Assembly: GCA_012295275.1 (NCBI GenBank)
Contig: CM022669.1
Location: forward strand, 3,348,001-3,412,000
Length of the DNA stretch: 64,000 nucleotides
Reading direction: 5' to 3'
DNA from: Chrysomallon squamiferum
Taxonomy: Eukaryota > Animalia > Mollusca
Shown: positions 44,311 to 58,737 of the stretch, one piece after another
How the letters are laid out: every line of letters starts with the position of its first letter
Position numbering within the stretch: the stretch's first letter is position 1
Notes under the pieces: generated by a model
Databases searched by the model: none
Told to the model about the DNA's origin: nothing
The model's input: only the letters and a program-made list of their open reading frames with translations
Program-made: the position numbers and the translations under genes

Positions 44311-45829
44311 TAAGATTAACTAGAACATTAGCGCGTTTTAAGACAGCGCGTGTCGGGCACGCGCTTGAATCCACAAAACAATATTATCCAAACAACTACC
44401 ATTTTTTTTTTCATCTAAGTTATTGCATGATGTGACAAATTACAGCATATCGTGTTTACTTTTATCTTGCGGTTAATAGCTGGGCATCTAATGTATTGAG
44501 TGACGCGACACGCAACCTTCAACTGTAATAAGCAAATTGATTTCATCACGTGACCATTCTTCACGTGATGCTGATGACGATCTCTCGCTATCAGTTGATT
44601 TATTGATGGAAGGCTTTAATTAATCTATCTGGGGATCATTTAGCTCTTTTCTCAGTTTTTTATTTTTTTTATTTTTTTTTATTTATTTATTCTTTTTTAA
44701 TTATTATTCGAGCACAGGGAACGACAGAAAAGAAGAAACGGGTTTAATTTATACACACGTAGTACGCATGACCAAAACGATCCTACTCTTCGCTCCGGTG
44801 CGCGCACTTTTTTAGACCGTTCCCCAACGTCGATATTTAAAACCAAAAAAAAAAAAAAAAAAAATCGCGCGGAACTGTTATTGAACGTAATAGCGGAAAT
44901 ATTGTTTGAATGCGAGTGTCTTCATAGGCAGCGTAATGGATTCACACAAGGGTTAAATTATGCTACTATCTGCGTACGGTCAGTTTGATGAGTTAATGGC
45001 CGCACCACGCAAGTAAACAATGAAATCTCGACGGAACATTTCTGGCATAAAGCTTGTAAGTTAGCAATGAGGTGATTTCAATTTCCTTTTCATAAGCTAC
45101 TCAAATAAGACATTTACACGCACAAACGAACTCACGGGGTGAGGTTTTATCAAATTAATTTAAAACCCGAGTGAGAGAGGTTCATACAGTATGTTTTCTA
45201 TCTCTCAGTGGTGCATTTAATTGTTTTATTTATACATCTAACTAGACTGCATTGTGTTAGAATTTACAGCGTTCAAACAACCACTTTCCCAAACCACTGG
45301 ATCACAGAGTAATGCCAATACAATATATAACGTATATATTTACCAAACTCGTTTAGTTTTATTTTAGTTAATATGTCAAATAGCGTTGATTACAGCAGAC
45401 TTCTATGACGTTAGAATCAAACAAAAAATATTCAGTTTATGCAAATTAAAACGTTTATTTTATTTGTGTTTGTTTTTCCTTTTTCGGGTTTGAGTATGGA
45501 AGGTTATTAGTGTCGTATTACTTAACGTGTTTATATAGAAAATTATCATAGTTTTACTAACTGTGACTTACAGAAGTTTATTTGTGTTAATAATGCACGG
45601 ACTTTCAGAGTTTTGTATAGAAAATAATTAACATACTTTATGGCATTACTTGATGTTAAAGAGACGGTGAACAATATATATATATCTTGTGTATGTACGT
45701 TTGTATGCATGTATGTATGTTTCTTTGAATGTAGATATATATGTATGTGCATGAATGTGTTTATGTATATGTGTGTGTATACATAAACATATACATACAC
45801 ATACATACACACACATACACACACATATA

Positions 45830-46540
45830 CCGTATATACTTGTGTATAAGTCGAATTTTTGGGAGACTATATTAAGGTAATATTTTGGGGGTCGACTTAT
45901 ACATAGGTAATACTATTGTAGCTGTTGCTGAAGAGTCGCCATTTTGACTATTTTTTGCTACGGGATGCATCTAAAATAATCGCGGTCTTTCAGCTTTTCA
46001 AAAATATAATTTTATCGTATAAAATATTTTGAAAAATTAAATAACAAAACCAAATATGAATGTAAGACATGATATTCTTCCGTTTAATGACATAAAAATA
46101 CATTTTAAAGCGAGAAAACCGTCAGTACGGCGTTATGCCTTATGGCGTCTTGCAATGATCTAGGAATGCAGGCTTCTCTGCCAAATTGCACTAAATATCG
46201 GTCCTAATTTCATAAACAAAACTCACTTGTGTAATTCTAAAGAATTTGGTGAAATAATATTGCAATCGTCATTAATATCCACTACCGACAAATCGACTAA
46301 ATATAACGGTAAGTTAGGTCTCCATGTTAGACCTATTACATTAAAGAGATACTATTTATGATACATTTTGGCTATAGCTCGTGTAATACATGCATTTACG
46401 TTATTATGGTATGTTCGTGCAAGTTACACTTCGTGCAAGTTATGTTACAGTAGGCGTACAATGTAGGCCTTCATGGCACGGTCACACTGGTCTAAAAATA
46501 GTGACGGTGCCTGGAATCTACAGTCGACTTATACAAAAAT
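45830..46540. mobile_element. Non-autonomous Tc1/mariner (Tc2/pogo-like) DNA transposon remnant
   Basis: TA followed by CCGTATATACTTGTGTATAAGTCGA, a Tc2-like CCGTA terminus. Inverted copies GTCGACTTATAC occur at 45891-45902 and 46523-46534. No transposase ORF, and the right terminus is incomplete. Confidence 0.65.
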
Positions 46541-46608
46541 AAAATGACACAATTTTTATACAAAAACATATACATAAACACATAAGGTCATTGTAAATAT
46601 ATATACAC

Positions 46609-46641
<33 letters not shown>

Positions 46642-47009
46642 AACACACACATACAAACATACATTACACGCAAATAAACACATTAAAACATATATACGTA
46701 TACATTATTTACATACAAACATATATACATACAAACACATACATAATTCATACAAACACACACAAACATATACACACATATGTTAAAATAACAAAAAGAA
46801 ATACTGAATACTAAAGTAAGAAAAGTTCAATGGCTACTATTCGATTTATTTTCAGACGATGTTACTAATTACCACATCGATTTGATAATAGCAAGCAAAA
46901 ATTATTAAGTAGCACCGCTGTATAAATATTCAAAATTATCAATATTCACAAATCTCTTATTCACAAAGTCTGTCTGTCTGTCTGTCTGTGTAAGGTGATG
47001 ATGGTCATG

Positions 47010-47094
47010 GTGATGATGATGATGATATTAATAATAAAAATAATATATTAATGATTATAATGACAACAACAATAACTGTAATAGTAATAATAGC

Positions 47095-47153
<59 letters not shown>

Positions 47154-47172
47154 CAACAACAACAACAACAAC

Positions 47173-47207
<35 letters not shown>

Positions 47208-47274
47208 TAACAACAACAACAACAACAACAACAATACTAATACTACTACTACTAATAATAATAATAATAACAAT

Positions 47275-47306
<32 letters not shown>

Positions 47307-47325
47307 AATAATAATAATAATAATA
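47010..47325. repeat. Compound AAT/AAC/ACT microsatellite
   Basis: Directly visible. Many similar shorter tracts occur throughout the window and are not listed separately. Confidence 0.9.
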
Positions 47326-48859
47326 AATCTTGCTATTCGTTGAAGAAATGACAGGACCGATAAAGAAGAAAAAGAAAGAGTTACAAGAACACATGGCGCA
47401 CGCTCACATACACGCCATAGATTTTATTTATGATTTTGGATTATATAACAAAGTATTTGAAGTTATCAGTAAATCAAAGGTACTGGCCATACTTGGGTGT
47501 ATCTGACAGTCCAGATTAAAAACTGGCATAAAAAAATATGATATATTGGCACAATAACACCAACACAATTAAATTAAGTCAATTGTGGGCGACAGTCACA
47601 GAAAAATATTATTTCATGCTAAAAAAAACAGCAAACAATTGCAGTTGGTTGTTTCGTGTTACGGTCGAGTATGACTACATGTGACAAATTCGCCAAGATT
47701 TCATTGCTAAGAGTGTGCTTGAAGCTTTAATTAAAAGCGCAAACTTTTCAAACACGCAGACACTGCCCGTGTTCCTCTCAATCACACAAAATGGATATTA
47801 ATTCAATAAAATGGAGCCTAGATCACGAGGGAGCTTCGTCCTCCAACATGGCGGCGATGGATGCATTACCCTGATTAACAGACGAACAGTTTCGGATTGA
47901 GCGCCGCGCACATCGATCGCGCGCTAAACGCGCTGAAAGCACGATCGAGTCTGGCCACTGCTAATCCCAGACCTTTCTGTGTGTGCTTAGAAGTGTGGAC
48001 AGCGCCTCCACAACGGTTTGAAACAGAGACTTGCAGACATTCTCCTTCTTGACAGATGGGACGTTATTTCAGTGCGTTTTAATCAAAGACATGCACAGTC
48101 GTATCCTCTGTCTAACGTTATCTCTTTTGTTGTTTCGTTAATGCTTTCTCACCGCTGCCCGTTATTTTAAAGCGAAAAAACAAACACTGGTTATGTTAAT
48201 AGTCATAAGCAGTTGAATTTTTGTCATTATGAACTGTTTTCAATCAACATTTTCATGTGTTTATTACATCCAGATAAATACTGAATATTTTAGTCTTTAT
48301 CATTCTTAGTTACCAATTTATTTTAAAGAGAAAACAATCAAATATTTATGCATAGATACATAATTTCATATAAACTCTTTTCTCTCATCATTTTTATGTG
48401 TTTAATATACCCAGATAAATTCTGAATGTCTTAATTATTATTGTTTATAATCACCAGATATGAATACACGATATAGATTCTAAAATATAGATTTTGTTGA
48501 AAACATGAGTGTTATTCGTTATCCTTTGTGTAACATCCTTTTTGAAATTCGCAATTATATTATCATATCTGTTTTAATATTTATGTATATAGTCTCGAAA
48601 AAACATATTTTTGTAACGGTGTTTATAAGGTTTTTTTCTTTGAAACATATTTCAAGCAGATATTGAAATTTGCTGCAGTTTCCTCGTTTTTTATAGAAAG
48701 AACTGAACTTAATAATTACAAACGTCTATGTCAAACGTAAAGCTAAAACATTTGATATACTTAAAAGTGGTATTATTCAAAATGTTATATTAATTTATGA
48801 GCTTTAACTTTTATTTAAGTTAAAGTAAGTAATTTTAAAATTAATGTAATCTACTAATA

Positions 48860-49078
48860 AATTAGCCAGAAAATTCAAGCATGTCTCGGTCATGCAATGC
48901 ACGAGCCTGGTTTGTTTTGTTGCACAAATGTTAATTTTAGAAGAACAAATCTACAAAGGAGAGAGTGCTGATATTTCATACCACTCTAAATTTAATCCGA
49001 TTTAACAGGATCTGACATCAGGATTCGAAACTGTACCTACCAATGTTAGTACCAATGATTTATCCATCGCGACGACCA
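48860..49078 (-). mobile_element. Decayed tRNA-derived SINE
   Basis: Minus strand reads GGTCGTCGCGATGGATAAATCATTGG...GGTAGGTACAGTTTCGAATCC, resembling spaced A and B boxes of a tRNA head. Similarity to gastropod SINEs is recalled, not searched. Confidence 0.45.
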
Positions 49079-49818
49079 AATAAATATCAGTGACTGGAAC
49101 AATGAAGCTCCAATATTAAGAGCATCAGGTTCTCTTTAATTTTATGAATCAGTTTGTAAAGGGTTTGGCATGTTTAATTGGGCGAATTTACAAGGTATTC
49201 TAAAATCGATGACAGAAAATTCCGCTCAGTTACAAAACACCAGCGGTATATATTTCATAGCCTTGGTGCTGGAATCTGAGTCATTCGAGTGAAGACATAC
49301 AACAAAATAAAAACAAACGATGAAGGACGTGACGGAGAAATGATATCTGGCTATTACAAAACGAACAAAATAATTACTTGTTGTCAAACGTATTAAATTA
49401 TATGCCGTACATTTACTGTTATTGGCACATTAGATTTAATGTTGTTAAAGTTAAAACAAATGTTAATCATTTGCTACGTGTACTGGAAAAGAACCTTTGT
49501 AGTAGCCTGTATGCTGTAATTAATAGTTTGACAAGTACTGCGTAATATGATAAACGTAGGCAGTATGTAACTGTGACATAGGCTGTTCTTGGTAACGTTG
49601 TAACAACAAATTGTTATTTGCAACAGCAAGTCATTTTTGTAATTTTGTGATATCAAGCTGGTGGATTTTTTCGTTTGTTTGTTTGTTTATTTATTTATTT
49701 ATTTATTTATTTTTTTTTTTTTTTTTTTGCATGAATATATATATATATGTATACAAAGCTGTTATTTATAATTTGTGATATCAAGCTTTTATTTGTAAGT
49801 CATTTACGTCAAGCTGTT

Positions 49819-50630
49819 ACTTTACTTTTGTGACATTAAGCAATGATTTGTAACTTTGTGACATCAAGCTGTTATTTGTAACTTTGTGATATCAAGCTGT
49901 TATTTGTAACTTTGTGATATCAAGCTGTTATTTGTAATTTTGTGACAATAAGACATGATTTGTAACTTTGTGATATCAAGCTGTTATTTGTAATTTTGTT
50001 ACATTAAGACATGATTTGTAACTTTGTGATATCAAGCTGTTATTTGTAATTTTGTGACAATAAGACATGATTTGTAACTTTGTGATATCAAGCTGTTATT
50101 TGTAATTTTGTTACATTAAGACATGATTTGTAACTTTGTGATATCAAGCTGTTATTTGTAATTTTGTGACATTAAGCAATGATTTGTAACTTTGTGACAT
50201 CAAGCTGTTATTTGTAATTTTGTGACAATAAGACATGATTTGTAACTTTGTGATATCAAGCTGTTATTTGTAATTTTGTGACAATAAGACATGATTTGTA
50301 ACTTTGTGATATCAAGCTGTTATTTGTAATTTTGTGACAATAAGACATGATTTGTAACTTTGTGATATCAAGCTGTTATTTGTAATTTTGTGACAATAAG
50401 ACATGATTTGTAACTTTGTGATATCAAGCTGTTATTTGTAATTTTGTGACAATAAGACATGATTTGTAACTTTGTGATATCAAGCTGTTATTTGTAATTT
50501 TGTTACATTAAGACATGATTTGTAACTTTGTGATATCAAGCTGTTATTTGTAATTTTGTTACATTAAGACATGATTTGTAACTTTGTGATATCAAGCTGT
50601 TATTTGTAACTTTGTGACATTAACTTGTTG
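49819..50630. repeat. 28-bp minisatellite with 56-bp dimeric higher-order structure
   Basis: About 28 monomers mostly alternating A (TTTGTAACTTTGTGATATCAAGCTGTTA) and B (TTTGTAATTTTGTGACAATAAGACATGA and variants). Degenerate flanks run about 49620-50710. Confidence 0.95.
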
Positions 50631-53600
50631 TTTATAATTTTGTGAAATGAAGTTGTTAGTTGTAATTTTGCGATAAGATGCGATTTATTTGTAACTGTAT
50701 GACATAAAGAGTTATTAATACGTTTACAGATAAATAGTAGTTATTTATGAAACTGTAACAGAAAATATAAAATAATTATAATGTAAAAAATATTAGGAAT
50801 CTTTTTTTACAGTGAACCGGAAATAACTTGGAACTGTAAATTTTTAAAACGTTTTAATTATTTATTTATTTTATTTATTTATTTATTTATTTATTTATTT
50901 GTTTGTTTGTTTGTTTATTGTTGTTGTTGTTAATATTATCCATTCATTCATTCAATTTTTGTTGTTGTTGAAAGCGATAGTAAGGAATTAAATATAAAAA
51001 TAAGCCAGAAGACAATGCTAGATAGGGTATGACGAAGTTTTTGTAACTATCAGCAGAAACTAAATCGAGCTGATGGTAACAGTTAAGGATCGTGGATTCC
51101 AGTGCGCCATTCTCATATTCTTTTTCTTAAATCTTTATAATTTTATAATCATGCGGGTTTTAAAAATCCGAAACCAGATGACACTCAGCGTTTTCTCGTT
51201 CTCAAGTAAGAAAGTCTATTTTTGCACTGAAGCGGCGCAGAAATGTGAATTTAGGCCGAGGGAGTATTAAGTGAATTCCACGCCAAGAGCAGTGCCACAA
51301 GACATTTTCAATCAAATTATTATAATAATATTATCACAGCATAACGCGAGAGAATCCGCCTCGAAATGTGTTTTAGTTACGTGGGCCTCATCCATTCTGA
51401 TTTTAGTGCTTCCAACAGCTAAGCTAGCACGTGAATTCAATTAAGCGATCGCATCATTGAATTAAGTAACTGGGTGTGTCTGTAGTGAACGAGTGTCAAG
51501 TTCAGCGGATGACAAGGCATGGTAGATGGTGGCTGAACTTATAAAGAGGGAGGCTGATTTTGTTGGTGCTGTCGTTGCTGCTTTTGTTGTTGTTGTTGTT
51601 ATTATTGTTGTTGTTGTTGATGTTGTTTTTGTTGTAGTAGTTGATTTATTTTCATTAATATTATTATCATTATTATTGTTATTTTTATTCTTAGTATTAG
51701 TGTTAGCAGTAGTGTTAGTAGCAGTAGCGCTATGCAGTAGAACTGCTTTTACTACTACTGCTGATGCTTCCACTACTACAGCAACTGTTATTTCTAATGT
51801 TCGATTGACTGAATAATTCCTCTAATTTCTTATATATTTTATATTGTGCTTTCGAATTTAATTTTATTATTGAGTTACTACGGTAAATATTTAAATAAAA
51901 CATCTGTTATATCTGTTTACATATTCAATTAATATTAAACGGTAATACTGGGATATATTACATACAAACATAATATTATTTCATATTATTTTATTTTAAT
52001 GATATACTATCACAGTAACTGAATGTATTTTTAAAACATTAGTGTATTAAGTTACGGTCCCTCCATTTATAAAAACTAAACACATTCTGTTTATCTGAGT
52101 TTTCGAAAATATCAAAGAAAATATTTAATATAAAAAAAAAGAAGAAAAGAAATGAAAAACAAAAAGAAAACAAAAAGAAAAAGTTATGAAGGATATCTTT
52201 TTCACATCCTTGTAAGGTTATATAAATATTTTATCCGTATAAATTGAACAGGGCATAAACATTATATTCATTCCGAAATATTCAGCCATTTGTCCCAACC
52301 AGTTTTTACAGATTTATAGATTTTGTACAAGAATCTTAAATATCCGTGTTTGAGTCAGAATACATCTATTGACAATTTTCTATAAAGTAACTACAGTATC
52401 CGTAAATTAATAAGTATATATATATATATATATATTGAAAACTTTCCATGCAAGAACTTTGACAATCAGTACATAAACAGGTCTCCAGATACTGATAATG
52501 TTTTAGAAACTATCTGCACAAAGACATAATGTTTCATTTCGAAACTAAATAATATGAAGCATATACTCGTATATATATAATTTATTTGAGCAGGAGGAGG
52601 GTACAGTATCACATATGATTCATTTCTGCATTTAGGAGTTTTGCATTATGAATGACTTGACACATAATCCATGCAACGTTTTGCTTGATGTGGTATCATA
52701 TATCATGTATCATGATTTCATCAGCGAAACCAGTAAAACATTTTCCATGTTGACGCGGGCAGACGGCTCACAGAGCGTCGTACCAGCGCGAACGAGCGCC
52801 CTCGACGTCATCTCTGGTATCAACCCCCGTGAACTGTGATCCCAGCAGAGGAGATACTAAAACGATTTCGTTGTTGGTGGAAAGACGAGCATGACCAAGC
52901 GACTGAGCAGTGACTGATCGATGGGTAAGAAGTGTCGAATGACGCCGTATTCCCAGCCTTGTGCAGTTTTAATGTCCAAACACGTTTTCGTTCCGTATAA
53001 ACAGCGGCCTCAGATATCCAGTCCGTTAGCGCTGTCTGCGTCGAATGAGGGTAATGACCCAAGGCTGTGGATAGTTCTTTTTTTCAGATGTCGTTTGTCC
53101 AATTTGGAAACTCAGATGGGTGTTTCCGTTTGTTAATGATTCATGTCAAGAATTTCGGTTCTTATGAATGACAATAAAATTAAAAATCGTCCCATGTAAC
53201 ATACATCATTACATTTTGTCCCATTAATCAATAAAAGCAGCCACCTACCGTGGCATGTGTCAACGGAATGAATATCTACTTCCGGTACGGCACGAGACAC
53301 TGTCGTCATGGCACCGCGTGATGCCAAATGTACCCAGTTAAATTTTGTGAACAGTGTCAGACCGGAAGTCGTCTGCAAATTCCGGAAGCAGTGCCTCTGT
53401 GCTGCTGCATGGAATGGGAACTGTAGAATGAAAAGTTATCAAATTCTGCCTTTGAAATCTTTAATTCATTCTCTTCTAATTCTGCTTGTGTCGGTTTCCT
53501 GTTCTTCTCAAACACACTTATGTTAAACAGCAGATAACCGCTGTTACTTGTTAGAACGACCACAGATTTAGGCGATTAATGAAAATTACTTTTCTTGTTT

Positions 53601-56468
53601 ACCAACCAAACAGAACGTATTACTTTCAAATCCAACGTATTAAAACAGCTTGCCAGGCATTCCACACGATGCGGGCAACAAAAGGGAAACAAAGACATCA
53701 AAGGTGATAATTATGCAAAATGTCTCGCAAGGATAAAAAATTTAAAAAATCGACGGCGAATGAAAAAATGATATATGATCCGTATCAATGATATTTTAAT
53801 TTCGTTTAATCATCACCTACTTATTTACTGGCATATTATTTAGTTATTTATTCTTTTATTTATTTATTTATTTATCCATCTGTCTGTCTATCTGTCTGTC
53901 TGTCTGTCTATTTATTTATCAGGATAACTGATTGTTACGTTAGAATGCACTTACCCCAACAGCTAACCACTCATACTACTTTCAAAATACCCCGTAAATC
54001 AGTACTTGTTGGTTAATAAAGAAAAAGAAAAAATTAAATGAAAATCAAGTGGAATTTCAATCGAAATCAGATAAAATAAAGGTTGCAGATAATTCTGTTG
54101 ACTTACATAAGAAACGTCATCAGTTCTGCTTGCAGAATGAAGTGACGGAATTTGAAATTAAGCAGATTTACACGATCAGGGCTAAATATTATAAGAATGC
54201 ACAAAAGACAATAAGAACTACCTTGCTAGAGCTCACAAGTGCGAAGGACCGGAAAACTGAAAAACTCTATTCAAATTAGTGCCGGATTACTGAATGAACC
54301 AGAAAACTGATAGTCAGCCATTACTAGTGCTGCCACTCCGACATTGACTACAACATCAACTACTACTACTATTGTTACTATTACTACTACTACTACTATT
54401 AATAATAATAATAATGACAATATTAATGACAATAACAAAACAACAGTATCAATATAACAACAACAACAGCAGTAATGATTATGATAATGACGATGGTGAT
54501 GATGACGATGATGACGTTGTCTCAAATTGTTGTATTACCTTGCTGCTTAGGAACCTTATGCATCTGTCGTCATTCCATTCACATCTACAGACATCTTCTA
54601 TAGCAGTCATCGTGGGCATCATTAAATTTAAATCCAACTTTAAGTTCTGTTTTTAATTGTTACTATAGGTTACAATTAGTTGTAATATAAAGTCTTTATA
54701 ATTAGCTAGAGTCACAATTGTCTAACGAAACCTCTTGTATATAGACCGTCAAAAACTTTTTATCGAAACAGATTGCAAGGACTGTGAATGACGTTGCTAA
54801 GAAAACATTTATGATAATAAAAACATAATATTGGCTATCGTTCGGAATATTTCGTCTCTTCTGAAATGACTATATATTTATTTTTGCTTTTTGTCATCGT
54901 TGTTGTTGTTGTTGTTGTTGTTAATATTATTATTATTATTATTATTATTATTTAATTTATGTCGATGGTATTACGTAATTGTTATTATTCTTGTGATTAT
55001 AATTTTTACTATGTTGTGGTATTTTTGTTGCTACTATTACTACTGCTACTACTATTACAGCTACTGCTACTACTACTATTATTATTATTATTACTGCACA
55101 GATTGATTTTTCAGCAGACATCTGCACTAAATCATTTAATTTGTTCTTCTTTTTTAAAATTATAAAAAGACAAGCGTCAAAAATTCACAGTTTAACAGAA
55201 CCCACGTCATTTCGGCAGCTTTCATTTTCAAGGATTTTGGCCAAGTCGTCAAAAAATATGACCCCCGGAGACAGAATTCCGCGCACTGCACGTGCATTGA
55301 ATAAACGAACTGAAACAAAAAAATTAAAACTAATCAACACGTTTGTTTACAGTGGAAATGAAAATAATTGTCAGCGTTTAATGATTTTTTTTTCTCTCTT
55401 TTCTGATTATATGTATTTCGTGGGAAGTTCAGTTCTACTAATTAGGAAGACAAGAGCGAAGAACTGCACGCCTTTCTGCACGCGCCATCGCCCCGTGGCA
55501 CGTGCACGGGCACAACACGCGCGGTAGGGAAACCATTGTAGTCGTTTATTTTATTGGACACTGTATCCCTCCGCGTTCCTGTTCGCGCACTTTGACACTG
55601 AAGAATGTTCTCCGCTATTGTCCGCTGAAGCGATCAACTGTTATAATGTCAGCGTTGTCTGGCAGCGTTTCCGTGCAGTTTGTGAACGCCAAGACGTCTT
55701 CGCGGATACTAAAAGCTTTCACGGGAGAGAGGTTCTTCTTCCGGGTGGCGCATTGTTCTAGCGGTTTCAAGTATATGTCGTCTGATTGGTCGATTTTCAG
55801 CTGCCTTTCTTTCTACTGACGATTTTCATTACGTATAATATAAGATCGCGATTACCACCTGCCATCACTGACAAATCATCCTTTATTTGACAGTACAGCT
55901 CTGAGTAGGATATTTATGACCGAGGATTTCAGAATATTCGAAATAATAGAGCGCAAGACGTCAGGTATTAAATTTATAACCTTTTGTGGACGGTGTATTT
56001 TGGGGGAATTTAATGACTGGTTCGATTCGGTGATCAGGTGTTTTAAAATAAAAACAACCTTTTTAGGATTTATTATTTTGTTAACAGATGGGGATGTTTA
56101 CAGACATATACTTTTCTGTGTACGTTTTTGTATGTGTGTTCGAGAGATTGAGAGAAAGATATTCATTTGACTTGTCGCTATCCATACTTTAACCTCTTCA
56201 AAATAATAGAATCATTCACACATTCATACATACGCACCTGCAAACACGCACACACACACAAACATACACACACGCGAACGCAAGAACACTTCGACAATTA
56301 ATAACTACATAAAAGATATTTACAGAATGAGTTATTGACAAAGAATAATTCTATAAATTAAATTAAATTAAATTTTAAAGATAAAATAAAAGTAAGTATA
56401 TACATAATGCTGAATTTTGCTGGTAACAACAAAATATACATTATCAAATAATAATAATAATAATAATA

Positions 56469-56520
<52 letters not shown>

Positions 56521-58662
56521 CAGTAATAAATAAATAAATAAATAAACAAATAAAAACTCTGTTACAAAATCTGTCACACTCTCAACACCGCCAGGACTGA
56601 AGTAAACGTCTATCTGTCTGTCCATCATCTCGTCTCGTCTCAGAAAATTTCAAACCAGAGAGAAAAAGAGAAAACAAATGCTCCTCTGTGTGTCTGCCCC
56701 CAAAACAATGTTCACAGTGACAACACCCCGAGGAGATACAACTAGCATGTGCCTGTGAAGAATTTTTTCGCTTCCTACAATCTCACCTGTCTTTCCAGCA
56801 GAGAAAATAAGATCAAAGATGCCGTGCCAGCATCTAGGTATGAAGTATATCAATTAACCGAGCTCTGCGGGGCGGTGACCCCCCTAGCGAACTCCCTGCC
56901 TGGGATCAAAAGCCTCCCCGTGCTGTCGATCACTATCTCTAAGCTATTAACTTTTATCTGTCCATGGTTGGCTAATCACAGAGTCTACGGACAAAAACAG
57001 ACTAGGAAAACAATTTACGTTTAAGACTGTTTGTGTTATGTTTTGTAAAGCTAACGACTCCATGATCTAACAGTAAACAAAGTAACCAATGACCTTGATC
57101 AGCTCACGTAGGGGAGGCCAAGTGTTGTAATATCAGAGACGGACCGAAAAAAGAGTCTGACCAGGAATGATAGAAAAAAGAAGGAAATATATGTATATAT
57201 ATATATAATATAAAATAAAATTCATAATGCACGTGATCAAAGGTTTCCAACACAATGAAGGTATATATCTCACTTTTGGACATACCACATTCGCTCCTGA
57301 ATTTAACCCGTTTCAAGAATACCTTTACAAAGGCTAACTATCGGGAAAATACGATAATTGGTTATTTTCGTCGTAAATAAACTTCAAAGATCGCCTGTTA
57401 CGTTTACGTACTGAATGTATTTATTGATGATTTCGTTTTAGAAAATATATATTTTTTAACCTTGTTCTACGTCTGTACCGTGCTTCCATAAACTTGAAGA
57501 AGAATGCGGTTTTCTGGTGATCAGTTTGAATGTGTTACTGAATTTTGTTAAATCAGAACAATATGTAGAAGAATAAGAAACTTGAATCCGTCAGTGCTCT
57601 TTTATTATTATCAAATATTTCGTTCAGTCGTTTTTGTTTGTTTATTAACTGGATGTAACAAAATGCGAAACATACAAAAATTGTTTACCATCAAACTGTA
57701 CAAGTTTGTTTTGAGATTTTGAATAAAAAAAAAAAAAAAAATGTTTCTGTAAGAAATGTGCATAGTTGTTTATCTCTTTTATTATTAGCATATTAAAAAT
57801 GTAACGATGATACAATTGTTACAGCTGTAATAATGAGATAACAACACTATCAGAAACGACAGACAACCGTAACACAACAACCATAATGAATCGTCCATAC
57901 ATTTCATCAGTATATCCATGTCAATCACAAATTTGAAACAAATTAACAACATTTAAAAACAACAACAGGAAAAAAAAAATAATAATAATAATAAATAAAT
58001 AAATAAAATAAAATAAAATAAAATAAAACAAAACAATAGAAAACAAACACGAAAGCAGCTAAATGAAATTCACTTTTAACCAGGTGAAATGACGATCACT
58101 AACAAACCAGTGTAGCGCGACGCGGAACGCACGACTGACAACGTCGTCGAAATGTGACGGAAATCAGCAAATTACTGTTCACCACGTTGGTGTGCGCCCG
58201 TCTCAGAATGACGCTATCGTGTTGTTTTGCACGACGTGGAGGCTGTCGACTGACACCACCATCTCGAGAAGTCACATTCCTTTTAATAATTTTATTTAAA
58301 TTACTTTGATCAAACGCCGATTTATGTTTTTTTTCCTCTTGAGTAAAGTTGAAAAGAATTATTATATGGCGGATAGTTTCCGAAGATTTCGTTTAACTGA
58401 TAGGACAATATGGGTGTACACAAAAATTCATGAGTCACTGGACTGCCGTTTGAATTGTGACAGCCTGGTGAGAAATATGTGATCATAATATTATCAGCCA
58501 GAGAATCAGCGAAATCGTCTTTTTGATGTACATTTTTGCATTATCATTCCTCTGGTACGAAAACAGATTTTTATTAAAATACGACTCTTACTTACATTCC
58601 ATGTCCATGATTACCTTTGTCATATTTATTTATTTATTTATATATTTTATTTATTTATTTTA

Positions 58663-58737
<75 letters not shown>

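Noticed and set aside
49819-50630. CRISPR-like repeat-spacer array
   Set aside because: The apparent spacers are homologous to the repeat and recur identically, there are no cas genes, and the context is eukaryotic.
54049-54279. 76-aa ORF with protein-like composition
   Set aside because: GTG start, no recognisable domain and no supporting exon chain.
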